Assembly (NCBI GenBank): GCA_042408215.1
Contig: JAYFMW010000006.1
Location: 672,001 to 736,000 of the forward strand
DNA length: 64,000 bases
Direction: 5' to 3'
Source: Microcoleus sp.
GTDB lineage: Bacteria; Cyanobacteriota; Cyanobacteriia; Cyanobacteriales; Microcoleaceae
Both the position numbers and the translations under genes were made by a program. Shown one piece after another: positions 21,070 through 33,178 of the stretch (positions within the stretch are counted from its first letter, which is position 1; the number at the start of each line of letters is the position of its first letter). The notes beneath the pieces are model-generated. The model saw nothing but the letters and a program-made list of their open reading frames with translations. It ran no database searches and was not told where the DNA came from.

Positions 21070-22896
21070 CTACTTACTTGTTTTCAAAATTAGCCCCTTG
21101 TCATCAATTTTCAAACCAGTATTCGGAAAATCGCTTTTCGTAAGACTACGAATCAACCCCACACTTCTAAAATCCTCATCCACAGAAGGAAGGCCCCGCC
21201 CATCAAGTTCCACTGGGATAATCTTACCAGAAACAAAATCCCCTTGTGGATTCATTTTCACATCCAAAATCAGAGATTGACCGAGTTCTCCAGCCGTCGA
21301 GAGGGTGCGGTATCCCATAAAATTACCCAGCGAATACGCAATCAATTTCCCTTTGTAAAGTTCCAAAGCTCTCGTAACGTGCGGGCCATGTCCCAAAATC
21401 AAATCCGCTCCCGCATCAATCATAGTTCGCGAAAACAAAACCATATTTCCCCGGTTTTCTCCGTAAAAGAACTCAGTTTTATTTCTCACATTGAGAGCAC
21501 CCGTTCCTTCAGCTCCAGCATGAACTGAGATGACTACAATATCAGCCTTTTCCTTAGCTTTTTTGACAATTTCTGACCCCGCTTTCAGTTCCAGTAAGGA
21601 ATTGTGAACTTCGCCATAGTTGCTGAAACCGATAAAAGCAAAGTTCACACCTTTGACATTTTTGTAGACAATTTGACCTTTTTTGCCAACGGACTTCATG
21701 CCGTTGCTTTCAATGTTTTTAATCGTGTCATTAAATCCCTGCTCGTTAAAATCGTAAGAATGATTGTTGGCAATATTCAAAATATTAAAGCCAGCTTCTT
21801 TCAAGATTTTGGCATAACTCGGAGGCGTCCGAAAAGCAAACAGCATACCTCCGCCGCCTCCTTTGGAACTGTAGGGATAATCGGTCATCGTGCTTTCAAA
21901 ATTGCCAAACAGAATATCAGCGCCTTTAAGGTACGGTTTGACTGACTCAAATAAAAGCTCCTTTTTTTCTGGCAGTTTGTTGTAGGGGAAATTCGTGCCG
22001 GGGATGATGTCTCCAACTGCTTTGATGCTGACTGTTACTGGTAGATTGACAGGTTTTTGTGCAGCCTGAGAGGGTGATTTTGGAGCTGGGAGAGGCCGGG
22101 TGGTGGGTACTGGGGAGGGGGTCGATTCCCTAGGGGATAGCTGCGCCGCGCGTACTTTTTGTACCGCAGGCTTTGCCGTTTGAGGGTTATTGGGAGCGGT
22201 GCTTGAGGATTTGTACAGTTGAGAACCTAGAACCAAGGCAGATATGGGAACTAAAATCAGGCTGAGAGTACCGATTGAAAGCCAAGATTTGTGAGGTTTG
22301 CTGGCCACCAACTCTGGTTTTTGTGGTTGTGGCTGTGGTTGTGGCTGTGGTTGTGGCTGTGGTTGTGGCTGTGGTTGTGGCTGTGGCTGTGGCTGTGGCT
22401 GCGCTGGCTGTGGCTGGCTGGTTGGTTTTGGAGTTTCAATTGTAGCTGGTTTTGGTGGCGATTTTTCTATGGTTTGAGTCGCCGTACTTCTGACATTGGG
22501 GGTTTTTTCTATTTTTTGCAAAGCCGCAGAAATTGCGGAAGCCGATGCACTTGCGGACTCGGAAGTCAAGGGTTGTTTTAATTCTACCCTTTGAGTCCAA
22601 GCAGGCAATTGATGGTCAATCTTTCGCCCGTAAATTGTCAGGGAACATACGTTATTTGGTTGCAGTCGCTGCAAGCCTTTGACTGCGACTCTGATGCAGG
22701 CTTCTTTAGCCGGCAAGTGTTCTCCTTCCAGCAGCAAATGCAGGCTGTCTGATTCTCGACTGGCTTTAGCCGTGACGCCAAAGCTTTGTAGTGCTTGACC
22801 GATCAGAAAGGCGATCGCCTGAGCATCGCCTTCTTTTGCTAAATTTAAAATATCTTGTTGGCTCACAAATGTCTCCACTCTCACACTAAAAACCAC
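21070..22896 (-). CDS. CapA/PgsA-family metallophosphoesterase-like protein with a Pro/Gln-rich linker
   Basis: [35 protein letters not shown] motifs; a (PQ)n tract and one TM segment. Confidence 0.88.
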   Translation of the reverse strand: MVFSVRVETFVSQQDILNLAKEGDAQAIAFLIGQALQSFGVTAKASRESDSLHLLLEGEHLPAKEACIRVAVKGLQRLQPNNVCSLTIYGRKIDHQLPAWTQRVELKQPLTSESASASASAISAALQKIEKTPNVRSTATQTIEKSPPKPATIETPKPTSQPQPAQPQPQPQPQPQPQPQPQPQPQPQPQPQKPELVASKPHKSWLSIGTLSLILVPISALVLGSQLYKSSSTAPNNPQTAKPAVQKVRAAQLSPRESTPSPVPTTRPLPAPKSPSQAAQKPVNLPVTVSIKAVGDIIPGTNFPYNKLPEKKELLFESVKPYLKGADILFGNFESTMTDYPYSSKGGGGGMLFAFRTPPSYAKILKEAGFNILNIANNHSYDFNEQGFNDTIKNIESNGMKSVGKKGQIVYKNVKGVNFAFIGFSNYGEVHNSLLELKAGSEIVKKAKEKADIVVISVHAGAEGTGALNVRNKTEFFYGENRGNMVLFSRTMIDAGADLILGHGPHVTRALELYKGKLIAYSLGNFMGYRTLSTAGELGQSLILDVKMNPQGDFVSGKIIPVELDGRGLPSVDEDFRSVGLIRSLTKSDFPNTGLKIDDKGLILKTSK

Positions 22897-24046
22897 CTCG
22901 ATCTTATAACAATTTTGGCTGTACAGGATTAAATACGAATTGATTTAACTTGAACTTGCTCTCAATTGGTAGGTCTAAGGTGGGGTGTGCATGGAGCCCT
23001 AGGAATAGAGTTGGTGCGTAAGCAGATATTTTAGTCGATCGCCCAAACACTTCCATCCGGCATAATTTCCCCCTTTAAATTAACATCAGTCAAATCAGCA
23101 CCCTCTTCGCGGTGAATCCGAGACACCGTTACTCACCTTCGCACCAAAAGCGATCGGGCCGATCATTCTGTTTATTTAATTTCAGTAGATTGCAACTTGG
23201 GGTACTGGGAATATAGATATAGCAGTTCTTTACTGTATTAAAAAATTAGCCGTATAAGTTTATAGTTCCCTTGCCTCAAAACCAGAACCTATGCGTTCCT
23301 TTAATCACAGGAGCAATAGTTTTAATTAGCTCAATTAAAGAATGGGAATTGAGAGAGAGGAGGTAATTGGTAAACTTTCTTGTCCTGTTTTGTCCGTCAC
23401 ATCCCTATTCCGACTTCTGCCGCCGAGATGGTCTTGCAAAAGGAGAGGGGGACTGCTCGTCCGCTTGTTAAACTCTTTCTCATGCCTGTTGTACCAATTT
23501 TTTATGAGGCTGCATAGAATCTGATCCCCCCTAACCCCCCTTAATAAGGGGGGGACAAGAGTGTGGTCAAAGTCCCCCTTATTAAGGGGGATTTAGGGGG
23601 ATCGGAATATATGCAACTTCAAATTAAATTGGTGTTGCTGAGAACTCGACGCGGTTAGCAAATCACGCCCGCCCGAAATGCGATCGCCCCGCAAAGCTGT
23701 TTATCGCTCTGAGCACCCTAACATGGTATATAGCTGATGTTCTGCTTGCCGATCTGACTCGCAAACAGCATCCCAAACCATTGGCGAGGCCGTTTCTCCA
23801 CCGTTCCCCAGTGACAAAGTTGCAATCAACTTTCCGCTTTCCGCTGTCATGGCCGAGACCACCGCAGTAGCTGTTTTACGCTAATTAGTTCAAAAACTGG
23901 CGTGTCGATCGCACAATTGTGTGACTGCTGCACCAGAGGGCTGCCATCTCAAACCATAATTTTTCCATAGTCCGACGCCAGTTCTGAGTTAGTTGAGCTC
24001 ATAGCAGCTAGGATCGAGCTAACTCAAGCTTACATTAAAGCTCGTC

Positions 24047-25255
24047 ATGCGGCGTTGCCTCTCAAAACCCCGGTTGAGTCTTATGGCGCACTACCGCTCC
24101 AGTTTATTTTTATTCACCTGCATCGCCTGTCTAGGCAGCAGTTTCAGTCCAAGTGCAGAGTCCGGGCAACAGGCCCTCAATTTGTCCTACCGCGTTTTTG
24201 CCCAAGAAACAGCTCAGACCGACTCCCCCTCGGACGATCGTCCTGAGCCTAAGCCCGAAACACCCTCTCCAGCAACCGATAGAAGCAAATCTAAGCCGTC
24301 CCAAACGTCAAAATCCAATTCCAAAATCCCCAAACCGATTGTCAATCTAATCGTTATTTTGTCTCGCCAGCGGGGGTTGTTAATCTTGAGTTTTGCCGCC
24401 GTTGCGATCACGGCAGCGGCAGTGTTTATCATGCTTAAATTAGTTGGCAATGATGAGTCAAATAATTACAAACGAAGACAAGCAAAAATCGAACGCGACC
24501 AACCAAGAAACTCTCAATTCACAAATCCCGCTTCTCAAAAAAAAATCCCGAAAATTCCACAACCAAAGGTTGATTTTGGGCCAGCAACAACTCTGCCACC
24601 CTTGGGCTACTCCTTAGATGTTACAAAAACCTACAGTCCCGAAAGTAGCGATCGACTGTCACCCTTTATTTTAGAACCGGGCGAAGCAGGATCGGAAGAG
24701 GGAGTGGATCAAAAGGACGATCGAATCAATCCCGAAGGCCGCAAAGGTTTCAACATTTCCGAAAAAACTGAGCGAGTGGATTCCCTGGCCAGTCGAGCGA
24801 ATGAAATTGCCAGGCCAGAAACTTCTGAGCAACCTAAACTTGATATTATTGAAGCACTGATTGAAGATTTGCAGCACCTAAATCCAGCCAAGCGTCGCAA
24901 AGCAATTTGGGAACTCGGCCAGCAAGGAGATTCTAGGGCTGTTGAGCCGTTGCTCGACCTCCTAGCAAATTCTGACTCTAAGCAGTACAGTTTAATTTTG
25001 GCGAGTCTCTCGGAAATTGGCATTCGCACGCTCAAACCGATGAATCACGCTTGGTCAATTTCACTGCAAAATGAAAACCCCGAAGTGCGTAAAAATGCGA
25101 TTCGGGATTTGACACGAATTTATGAATTGGTGAATCAAATCAGTCATTTATTGCACCGTGCTACTGACGATCCCGATCCAGAAGTTCAGGAAACAGCTCG
25201 CTGGGCCATCAATCAGTTGAACCGGATTCGCCCTCGTTCAGGAAGGGATAATTAA
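24047..25255 (+). CDS. HEAT-repeat membrane protein
   Basis: RRKAIWELGQQGDSRAVEPL; DPDPEVQETARWA. Confidence 0.8.
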   Translation: MRRCLSKPRLSLMAHYRSSLFLFTCIACLGSSFSPSAESGQQALNLSYRVFAQETAQTDSPSDDRPEPKPETPSPATDRSKSKPSQTSKSNSKIPKPIVNLIVILSRQRGLLILSFAAVAITAAAVFIMLKLVGNDESNNYKRRQAKIERDQPRNSQFTNPASQKKIPKIPQPKVDFGPATTLPPLGYSLDVTKTYSPESSDRLSPFILEPGEAGSEEGVDQKDDRINPEGRKGFNISEKTERVDSLASRANEIARPETSEQPKLDIIEALIEDLQHLNPAKRRKAIWELGQQGDSRAVEPLLDLLANSDSKQYSLILASLSEIGIRTLKPMNHAWSISLQNENPEVRKNAIRDLTRIYELVNQISHLLHRATDDPDPEVQETARWAINQLNRIRPRSGRDN

Positions 25256-25381
25256 TCATTTGTTCCCATCGAAATTATTCATCTCTCTCTGCTCTTCCTC
25301 TGCGTTCTCTGCGTTCTCTGCGGTTAAAACATTCCGGTGCAACCGAATGTGATATAACAAATAACCAATCACAAATAACCC

Positions 25382-26467
25382 ATGAAAAATAACAAAATAA
25401 AAATATTATTTCTCTCAACTTCTGTCGGCAAACTCGGTTCTGGATTAGGCGGCGGAGTCGAACTTACGGTTCTCAACATTGCGAAAGAATTGCAGCGTCG
25501 CGGCCATAAAATAGCAGTGGTAGCGCCTGTAGATTCAGTTTTAGAATCAATTCCAGTCATCGAAATAACTGGTGATTTGCAAGTAACTGCCCAAACGCAA
25601 GATTACGCTGCTCCGATTGTGATGCCGGCAGATTCTGTGCTGGCAAATATGTGGGAATATGCTCGAAAAGTTGAGCAGGAATGGGATGTTATTGTTAATT
25701 TTGCCTACGATTGGTTGCCGTTTTATTTGACACCATTTTTTAAGACTCCGATCGCACATTTGATCAGCATGGCATCCCTTTCGGCATTCCTCGATCGCAT
25801 AGCCGAACAAATAGCAGTCCAGTTTCCTGGTACGATCGGAGTTCACACCGCGAATCAAGCCCAAACATTCGCCTTTGCTGATGGATGTCAGTTGTTGGGA
25901 AACGGCATAGATTTATCCCTGTACGAATTTTGCGACAAACCAGAGTCCAAATTAGCTTGGCTAGGCCGCATCGCCCCGGAGAAAGGCTTAGAAGATGCCG
26001 TAGCAGCAGCGAAAATTACAAACATTCCCCTCAAAATTATGGGCAAAATGCAGGATGAGGATTATTGGCAAAAAATTTGTGCAGATTACCCCGATGCTCC
26101 GGTAGAATATTTAGGGTTTCTGACCACAACCCAAATGCAAGAGCAAGTCCGAAAGTGTCAAGCATTGTTGATGACACCGCGCTGGGTGGAAGCTTTCGGA
26201 AATGTCGCCGTTGAGGCCTTAGCCTGCGGTGTGCCTGTGATTGCCTACGCGCGCGGGGGGCCGGTCGAAATTGTTCGAGACGGACTGACGGGCTTTTTAG
26301 TCGAGCCTGATAGTGTAAATGGTTTGGTAGGTGCGATCGGTCGAATCGACCAAATTGACCGCAGCGCTTGCCGTAGCCAAGCAGAGGTAGAATACTCTTT
26401 AGTAGCTTTGGGCGATCGATTTGAACACTGGTTCAACTCGATCGCTGATAGTAGGGTGCGTCAGTAA
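25382..26467 (+). CDS. Glycosyltransferase family 4
   Basis: LGRIAPEKG; EAFGNVAVEALACGVPVI. Confidence 0.92.
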   Translation: MKNNKIKILFLSTSVGKLGSGLGGGVELTVLNIAKELQRRGHKIAVVAPVDSVLESIPVIEITGDLQVTAQTQDYAAPIVMPADSVLANMWEYARKVEQEWDVIVNFAYDWLPFYLTPFFKTPIAHLISMASLSAFLDRIAEQIAVQFPGTIGVHTANQAQTFAFADGCQLLGNGIDLSLYEFCDKPESKLAWLGRIAPEKGLEDAVAAAKITNIPLKIMGKMQDEDYWQKICADYPDAPVEYLGFLTTTQMQEQVRKCQALLMTPRWVEAFGNVAVEALACGVPVIAYARGGPVEIVRDGLTGFLVEPDSVNGLVGAIGRIDQIDRSACRSQAEVEYSLVALGDRFEHWFNSIADSRVRQ

Positions 26468-26602
26468 TAATACTGGCAAATTTTGAGAAAGATCCGCTGA
26501 CTGACGCACCTTACAAGTTTATTGAACAGCAATTCAAATCTATTCTAAAATAGAGTTAAATAAACTCTTAATCAACCACAAAAAAAGACAACAAAAACAA
26601 CT

Positions 26603-27364
26603 ATGGCAACCGAACGTTTAGTGCTTTTATCAAGTAGAGAAATCGAGAAAATGCGCCAAGCAGGCCGCTTAGCAGCCCAACTGTTGCTACATCTCGAACC
26701 AATGGTAAAACCGGGTGTCAGCACTTTAGCAATTAATGACGAAGCCGAACGCTGGACTTTAGCACATGGAGCAAAAAGTGCTCCGCTAGGTTATAAAGGA
26801 TTTCCTAAATCTCTGTGCGCTAGTGTCAATCAAGTAGTCTGTCACGGCATCCCAAATGCTAAACAAATTCTTAAAGAAGGTGACATTATTAATATTGATG
26901 TAACCCCTTTAGTTGATGGTTATCATGGCGATACTTCCAAAACTTTTTTTGTTGGGAAACCTTCGCCTGTCGCTAAAAAGTTAGTGGAAGTAACAGAGGA
27001 ATGTCTGAGAAGAGGAATTGCTGAAGTAAAACCGGGTGCTCGTACCGGCGACATCGGCGCAGCGATTCAAGAGTATGCGGAAGCACAGGGTTTTTCGGTA
27101 GTGCGAAATTTTGCGGGGCACGGGGTTCATCGAGTCTTTCATACGGAACCGGAAATTCTGCACTATGGGAAGCGGGGGACTGGAAAAAAGTTGAGACAAG
27201 GGATGGTTTTTACGATCGAGCCTATGATTAATGAGGGCACTTGGGAAGTGGAAATTCTCGCCGATGGTTGGACTGCTGTGACTCTAGATGGAAAGCTTTC
27301 GGCTCAATTTGAGCACACGTTGGCGGTGACAGATTCTGGGGTAGAAATTCTGACTTTACCGTAG
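26603..27364 (+). CDS. map: Methionine aminopeptidase, type I
   Basis: VCHGIP, DGYHGDTS, GHG, FTIEPMIN, SAQFEHT motifs. Confidence 0.96.
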   Translation: MATERLVLLSSREIEKMRQAGRLAAQLLLHLEPMVKPGVSTLAINDEAERWTLAHGAKSAPLGYKGFPKSLCASVNQVVCHGIPNAKQILKEGDIINIDVTPLVDGYHGDTSKTFFVGKPSPVAKKLVEVTEECLRRGIAEVKPGARTGDIGAAIQEYAEAQGFSVVRNFAGHGVHRVFHTEPEILHYGKRGTGKKLRQGMVFTIEPMINEGTWEVEILADGWTAVTLDGKLSAQFEHTLAVTDSGVEILTLP

Positions 27365-27778
27365 CAATCATTAACAAACAATCTCAAAAACCCACTTCTA
27401 GATCCAAGAATTAACAACATCCCGTAGGGGCGGGTTTCACCGACAATTTCCGCCTCAAACAGACAATCTCGAAAACCCGCCCCCACCCAACAAAAAATCT
27501 AAATGCGGGTAATGTTAATGTCGATTGTCGGTGAGTGAGTTCGGGGTGGGTTTATGAGATTGTTTATTTCAGTCGTTGATAGTTGATCAAACCCGCCCCT
27601 TGTATTTTAAAAGATGTAGATTGCGATTGATGGTGGCGCGGGGGCGGGTTTACCAGATTGAAGGTTTTAGGCAATTATTTTCGGTGAACCAGCCCCTACC
27701 GGATTCATGAAAAATTCACCAAACATGATCTAACAAATAACCCATAACCAATAACCAATAACCAATAACCAATCACCA

Positions 27779-28740
27779 ATGAGTAACATCAAATTTCTGC
27801 AACCAGGAGATTTACTGATGGCAATTTCCCCTAGCGGCACTTTGCGAGAATTAACTAACTTTGAACAAGGTGTAGAAATTTGGAAATCTCGCGGCTATCG
27901 AGTTGAATTAAGTCCCGGTTTTGACAGCCGCTGGGGCTATTTGGCCGGTGACGACGCAAACCGCCTCCGACAGCTCGCAGATGCCCTCAATGACCCAAAT
28001 TGTCGCGGTATTCTATGTGCGCGAGGTGGTTTCGGCAGCACTAGACTTTTGGAAAAAGGAAAAGTGGCAGCAGCAAAAAATACCCAATCACCAATTCCCG
28101 ATGCCCCATGCCCGATGCCCCATGCCCCATGCCCAATTACCGATTCCCATTCCCCGAAATGGCTGATTGGCTTTTCTGATATTACTGCTTTGCTCTGGAA
28201 TTACCCTAAATTGGGCATTTGGGGCGTTCATGGGCCACTGCTGACTACTTTGGCTGCGGAACCGGATTGGTCTGTCGATCGTCTTTTTGACTATATAGAA
28301 GGTCGTCCTTTACAATCTTTGTCGGGTAAGGGATGGGGCGGTGGAAAGGCTACGGGGAGGCTGTTTCCGGCGAATCTGACGGTGGCTTCTCACTTGCTCG
28401 GAACCCCGTATCAACCGGATTTGACAGGGGTTATTCTCGCATTTGAGGATGTTTCCGAGGCTCCTTACAGGGTCGATCGAATGTTGACGACTTGGCGGAT
28501 GGCGGGGGCTTTGGCGGGGGTGCGGGGCATTGCTTTGGGGCGTTTCAGTCGCTGCGAGATTGACCCGAATATTCCCAGTTTTAGTATAGAAGAGGTTTTG
28601 CGCGATCGGCTCTTGGTGACTTAAATATTCCCATTGTCTCGGATTTACCCTTTGGGCACGATGGCGTTAACGCTGCTTTACCAGTGGGAATTATGGCTAG
28701 TCTGGATGCTGATTCGGGATTGCTAATTTGTGAAGAGTAA
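27779..28740 (+). CDS. LD-carboxypeptidase (peptidase S66), frameshifted near 28612
   Basis: ARGGFGS, IGFSDIT, FEDVSE motifs. The C-terminus GDLNIPIVSDLPFGHDG continues in another frame to TAA at 28740. Confidence 0.85.
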
Positions 28741-28943
28741 TTATAAAAATGTAGGGTGCGTCAGAGCATTCAAACCGATTGAAATCGAAATAATCAATGT
28801 CTGACGCACCTTACAAATCGGCTAAATAGTCCGGTTCGGTGAGGTTGACACTCGATCGCCGAAATTACATTTAAAATGGATTATATGTGGAAATGTCGCT
28901 GCAAACAGCCAAAAAATTTTAAAACTTTCCCCAAGAGGTTGAT

Positions 28944-29684
28944 ATGAAAGCACACAAGTTTTTAAACAGTATTACCGCCACTGTCCTAGTTGCAGGATTA
29001 GCACTCACAGGGATTTCATCCGGTGCTGTTGCTGAACAGATACAGAATAATACATTGACGGACGGAGTAATTCGCCGCACTTCCCCCATCTACCGTTTCC
29101 GAAATATGTGGACACCCGGAGCTCCCACAGAAGAATTGCGGGGTCAAGAATACACTTTTAGTGCAAAGGAAGGCGACGACATTCAAGTTTATTTAGACAC
29201 CAACAGAGGTGGCGGCTTTACTCCTGTGATGGTGCTGTTTTACGGGAATAACAAACAAGTAGCTTTTACGCAAGAGGCTTCTTTTAATTATCGGATTCCC
29301 CGTAGCGGCGATTATAAACTGTTAGTGTTAGCAAAAGATGCTGCTAGGGGCGGAAATTATACACTGGAAGTTTCGGGAATTGCGGGCGACAGACGGGATC
29401 GCAATTCGCGGGATAACAGGGGAAATAACAATCAGTTAGACGGAGAACGGATTTTGCGAAATGATTTTGGTTTGCGGCCTGTGGATTGTAGCCAGAGACG
29501 TTCTCTGGTGAGAGTCAGGTTTGATGATGGAGATACGACTTATTGTGCAATACCAACTCGCGATTATCCCCAGGGAGATTATTACTATAACCCGCGCACT
29601 AGGAATTTAGATTCGGCTCGGATTGATGATCGAGGTCGCGATCGGTGTCGGGTAATGGTGGGTGGAAAATGCGTGACTAGGTAA
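28944..29684 (+). CDS. Secreted protein with a PPC (pre-peptidase C-terminal)-like domain
   Basis: Signal peptide; YTFSAKEGD...SGDYKLLV...GNYTLEV. Confidence 0.7.
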   Translation: MKAHKFLNSITATVLVAGLALTGISSGAVAEQIQNNTLTDGVIRRTSPIYRFRNMWTPGAPTEELRGQEYTFSAKEGDDIQVYLDTNRGGGFTPVMVLFYGNNKQVAFTQEASFNYRIPRSGDYKLLVLAKDAARGGNYTLEVSGIAGDRRDRNSRDNRGNNNQLDGERILRNDFGLRPVDCSQRRSLVRVRFDDGDTTYCAIPTRDYPQGDYYYNPRTRNLDSARIDDRGRDRCRVMVGGKCVTR

Positions 29685-29810
29685 TGTGGAATGCAACAGG
29701 CTTTCCGGCCTGTTGCACAAGAAATTTTCTTAATTGTGGAACGGGCATATTGCCCGTTTATGACATTAATAAATTGGTATATTAATAATATTAATGATGT
29801 GGCAAAATGT

Positions 29811-30008
29811 ATGAGTGTTAAAGAACTTGAAGCAGCAATTATGAACTTGTCAGTTAAGGAACTATCCGAACTTACTGCTTGGCTGATAGAGTATCGCCAA
29901 CAAGTCTGGGATCGGCAAATTGAAGACGATTTGGAGGATGGGCGGTTAGATGCGCTACTTGATGAAGTTGATGCAGAGTATGAAGCGGGATTGGCTAAAG
30001 TGTTATGA
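29811..30008 (+). CDS. Putative antitoxin
   Basis: Small acidic protein (WDRQIEDDLEDGRLDAL) overlapping the toxin start (ATGA). Confidence 0.75.
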   Translation: MSVKELEAAIMNLSVKELSELTAWLIEYRQQVWDRQIEDDLEDGRLDALLDEVDAEYEAGLAKVL

Positions 30009-30274
30009 AGCATCTGACTTTACCGCGTTTTTGGAACTGCTATCACCAGCTACCTCAAGAAATACAAGCCTTAGCCGATAAAAATTACGAATTACTGAAA
30101 GTCGATCCGTATCACCCTTCGCTGCATTTTAAAAAAGTTGGCAGGCGAAAGCAATTGCAATCGGTGCGAGTAGGCGATAGTTACCGAGCTTTGGGAGTTG
30201 AGAAACCTGAAGGTATTGTCTGGTTTTGGATAGGGACTCATGGCGATTACGATGCAATATTAGCTCAGAAATAA
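30005..30274 (+). CDS. RelE/ParE-like toxin
   Basis: HPSLHFKKV...SVRVG..YRALG...WFWIGTH.DYD. Confidence 0.85.
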   Translation: MKHLTLPRFWNCYHQLPQEIQALADKNYELLKVDPYHPSLHFKKVGRRKQLQSVRVGDSYRALGVEKPEGIVWFWIGTHGDYDAILAQK

Positions 30275-30301
30275 AGCCGCCGATCGAGTGTGACGATCGA
30301 C

Positions 30302-30337
30302 GTTTCCATTTAATTACTGTCCCCAGCGAGTGGGGAG
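30302..30337 (-). CRISPR. Solitary CRISPR repeat (32/36 identical to the array consensus)
   Basis: GTTTCCATTTAATTACTGTCCCCAGCGAGTGGGGAG; no second repeat nearby. Confidence 0.85.
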
Positions 30338-30520
30338 GGGCATTTCAGCGATTTTACCGCCAGCCTCGCAACCAACCAAATCCCGATCGCCCAAAATCGA
30401 ACTCAGCCACTCCCCTCATCTCCCTGAGTGCCGACAGATGAATTTTTGATCGAAAAGGACGATCGCACAAGTGGTAAGCTACCAAAGGCATTAAAATACC
30501 TAAATCCGAGAAAAATTAAA

Positions 30521-31585
30521 ATGTCAGCATTAAATGAAGTTCCCTTGCTACTGCGGGCAGCCCGTGGCGAAACCCTAGAACGCCCGCCCGTGTGGATGAT
30601 GCGCCAAGCCGGCCGCTACATGAAGGCCTATCGAGATTTGCGAGAACAGTATCCATCCTTTCGCGAACGTTCCGAAATTCCCGAAGTTGCGATTCAAGTT
30701 TCCCTCCAGCCGTGGCACGCATTTCAACCCGACGGCGTAATTCTGTTCTCCGATATTGTGACACCTATGCCCGGTTTGGGCATCGACATGGATATTGCCG
30801 AAGGTAAAGGCCCGATTATCCACTCACCCATCCGCACTCAGCAGCAAATCGACGCATTGCAACCGCTGAATCCCGAAGAAAGCTTGCCTTTCATCAAAAC
30901 CATCCTGCAATCCCTCCGCCAGGAAGTCGGCAACAAATCCACCGTGCTCGGCTTTGTTGGCGCACCCTGGACGTTGGCCGCCTACGCCGTTGAGGGCAAA
31001 GGTTCCAAGGATTATGCGATTATCAAAAACATGGCATTTTCCGATCCAACTTTACTACATCAGTTGTTGTCGAAATTTGCAGATGCGATCGCCGTTTACG
31101 TGCGCTACCAAATCGACTGTGGCGCGCAAGTAGTGCAGATGTTCGACTCCTGGGCGGGACAACTTTGCCCCCAAGACTACGACACCTTCGCCCTACCTTA
31201 CCAGAAACAAGTATTCGAGCAAGTCAAAAAAACCCATCCTGACACACCGTTAATTCTGTTAGTCAGCGGTAGCGCCGGCGTGCTCGAACGCATGGGCAAA
31301 TCTGGCGCCGATATCGTCAGCGTCGATTGGACTGTTGACATGGCTGATGCGCGGCAACGTTTGGGCCCTAACATGAACGTTCAGGGAAATTTAGATCCTG
31401 GTGTCTTGTTTGGTTCTCAAGCGTTTATTCGCGATCGAATTCTGGATACTATTCGCAAAGCAGGCCCGCGCGGACACATCCTGAATTTGGGACACGGCGT
31501 ATTACCCAACACTCCCGAAGACAACGTGCGTTTCTTCTTTGAAACCGCCAAACAAGCCGACAAATTGCTTGCAGTTACAGCTTGA
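30521..31585 (+). CDS. hemE: Uroporphyrinogen decarboxylase
   Basis: [26 protein letters not shown] motifs. Confidence 0.97.
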   Translation: MSALNEVPLLLRAARGETLERPPVWMMRQAGRYMKAYRDLREQYPSFRERSEIPEVAIQVSLQPWHAFQPDGVILFSDIVTPMPGLGIDMDIAEGKGPIIHSPIRTQQQIDALQPLNPEESLPFIKTILQSLRQEVGNKSTVLGFVGAPWTLAAYAVEGKGSKDYAIIKNMAFSDPTLLHQLLSKFADAIAVYVRYQIDCGAQVVQMFDSWAGQLCPQDYDTFALPYQKQVFEQVKKTHPDTPLILLVSGSAGVLERMGKSGADIVSVDWTVDMADARQRLGPNMNVQGNLDPGVLFGSQAFIRDRILDTIRKAGPRGHILNLGHGVLPNTPEDNVRFFFETAKQADKLLAVTA

Positions 31586-32064
31586 ATTTGACAGGAATTC
31601 AAACCCCAAAAACCGTAGGGGCGGGTTCAGCAACCACCTTAAAAAGTGTAAACAGGTGAAATAAACCCGCCCCCACCCCACCGAAAATCGCATTCTCAAA
31701 AACCCGTAGGGGCGGGTTCACTCTTGAGCCTTGAAAAGTGCAAACAGGTGAAATAAACCCGCCCCCACCCTACCGAAAATCCCTGTTAACTGCTGGTAAC
31801 GAGTAGAACCCGGAGATCCCCCCTAACCCCCCTTAAGAAGGGGGGAACAAGAACACTCAAACTCCCGCTTTTTAAGACGGGACAAGTATTCTCAAAGTCA
31901 ACCCCTACTCCCCTTCTTAAGGGGGATTTAGGGGGATCAAAACTCAACTTTCACCTAAATTTATTGGCGACTAAAGCCTTAAATTCACACCAATAACTCT
32001 CCCCCCTTCTCCCCTTCTCCCCTTCTCCCCCTCTCCCCCCATCCCCACCCTTCCCCTTCTGCAA

Positions 32065-33035
32065 ATGAACTCCAAAAAAATTTTCATAACGGGTGCAAGT
32101 GGCTGTATTGGTCACTACATGACCGAAACTTTAATTCAACAGACAAACCACGAACTTTACTTATTAGTTCGCAACCCCGACAAATTAAAATTTAACTGGA
32201 AAGCCCGCCCAGGAATCAACATATTGCAAGGCGATATGCGAGATATCGAGCAATATGCCGAACTTCTAAAAACAATAAATGTGGCAATTTTGGCTGCGAC
32301 TGCTTGGGGCGGAACTCAAGAAGTTTTTGATGTTAATGTTAACAAAACTCTCCGCCTGATTCAGTTACTTTCACCGCAGACTTGTCAACAAGTAATTTAT
32401 TTTTCAACCGCCAGCATTCTCGGCAATGATAATAACTTGCTCAAAGAAGCTGGGGAATTAGGAACAGATTATATTCGCTCGAAATATGAGTGCATGACCA
32501 AGCTATCTGAGTTGACAAAATGTGCCTCATATTACAGCACTTTACCCAACTTTAGTGTTAGGAGGAGATACCAAATAAACCAGTTTCTCACCTTTCATCT
32601 GGCATTCCACAAGTAGCAAAATGGATTGGTTTGATTCGTTGGTTGAAAGCAGACGGAAGTTTTCACTTCATCCACGGGGCTGATATTGCCACAGTCGTTA
32701 ATTATTTTGTCGAACATCCGGCAGATTCCGATGAAACGCGACATTTTGTGCTAGGAAATGCCCCGATTACGGCGAACGAAGCGGTAGAACAAGCTTGCGC
32801 TTATCTTAATCAAAAGATATTTTTTAGGATTACTCTGTCACCGGGATTAGCCGATTTCTTTATTTGGCTGTTCCGAATTCAGGTAGCTGCTTGGGATAGA
32901 TTTTGTATCAGCTATCGCCATTTTACTTATCAAAATTTTGTTAATCCCAAAATCCTTGGGCTGCCGAGTTATTGTGGCACAATTGCCGATATGTTAAAGA
33001 CTAGCGGGATTCCGGGAAAAGATATTAAAAGTTAA
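32065..33035 (+). CDS. NAD-dependent epimerase/dehydratase, split by frameshift(s) at about 32520-32600
   Basis: ITGASGCIG and YIRSK motifs. TALYPTLVLGGD lies out of frame, and the second ORF continues the domain. Confidence 0.8.
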
Positions 33036-33178
33036 AGTATTTTTATTTTGTCAAGGAGATTGTCGCCGATCGACAGTCAAATAGGATAAGATGTCAGGAT
33101 TATGCCTTGGGAGTCGATCGCACTTTCAATTCGCCAGCCCGATCGCAAGTCTTATACAGATGTGAGGTTTAACATACA

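Noticed and set aside
20960..21280. ORFs with PIPNSQF repeats (also 45680-45976 and the 45741 extension)
   Set aside because: They are translations of STRR heptamer tracts.
22257..22581. (HS/HN)n and (WL)n ORFs
   Set aside because: They are alternative frames of the CapA (PQ)n linker.
23983..24030. Hairpin upstream of the HEAT-repeat gene as a riboswitch
   Set aside because: It is a single imperfect stem with no recognisable aptamer motif.
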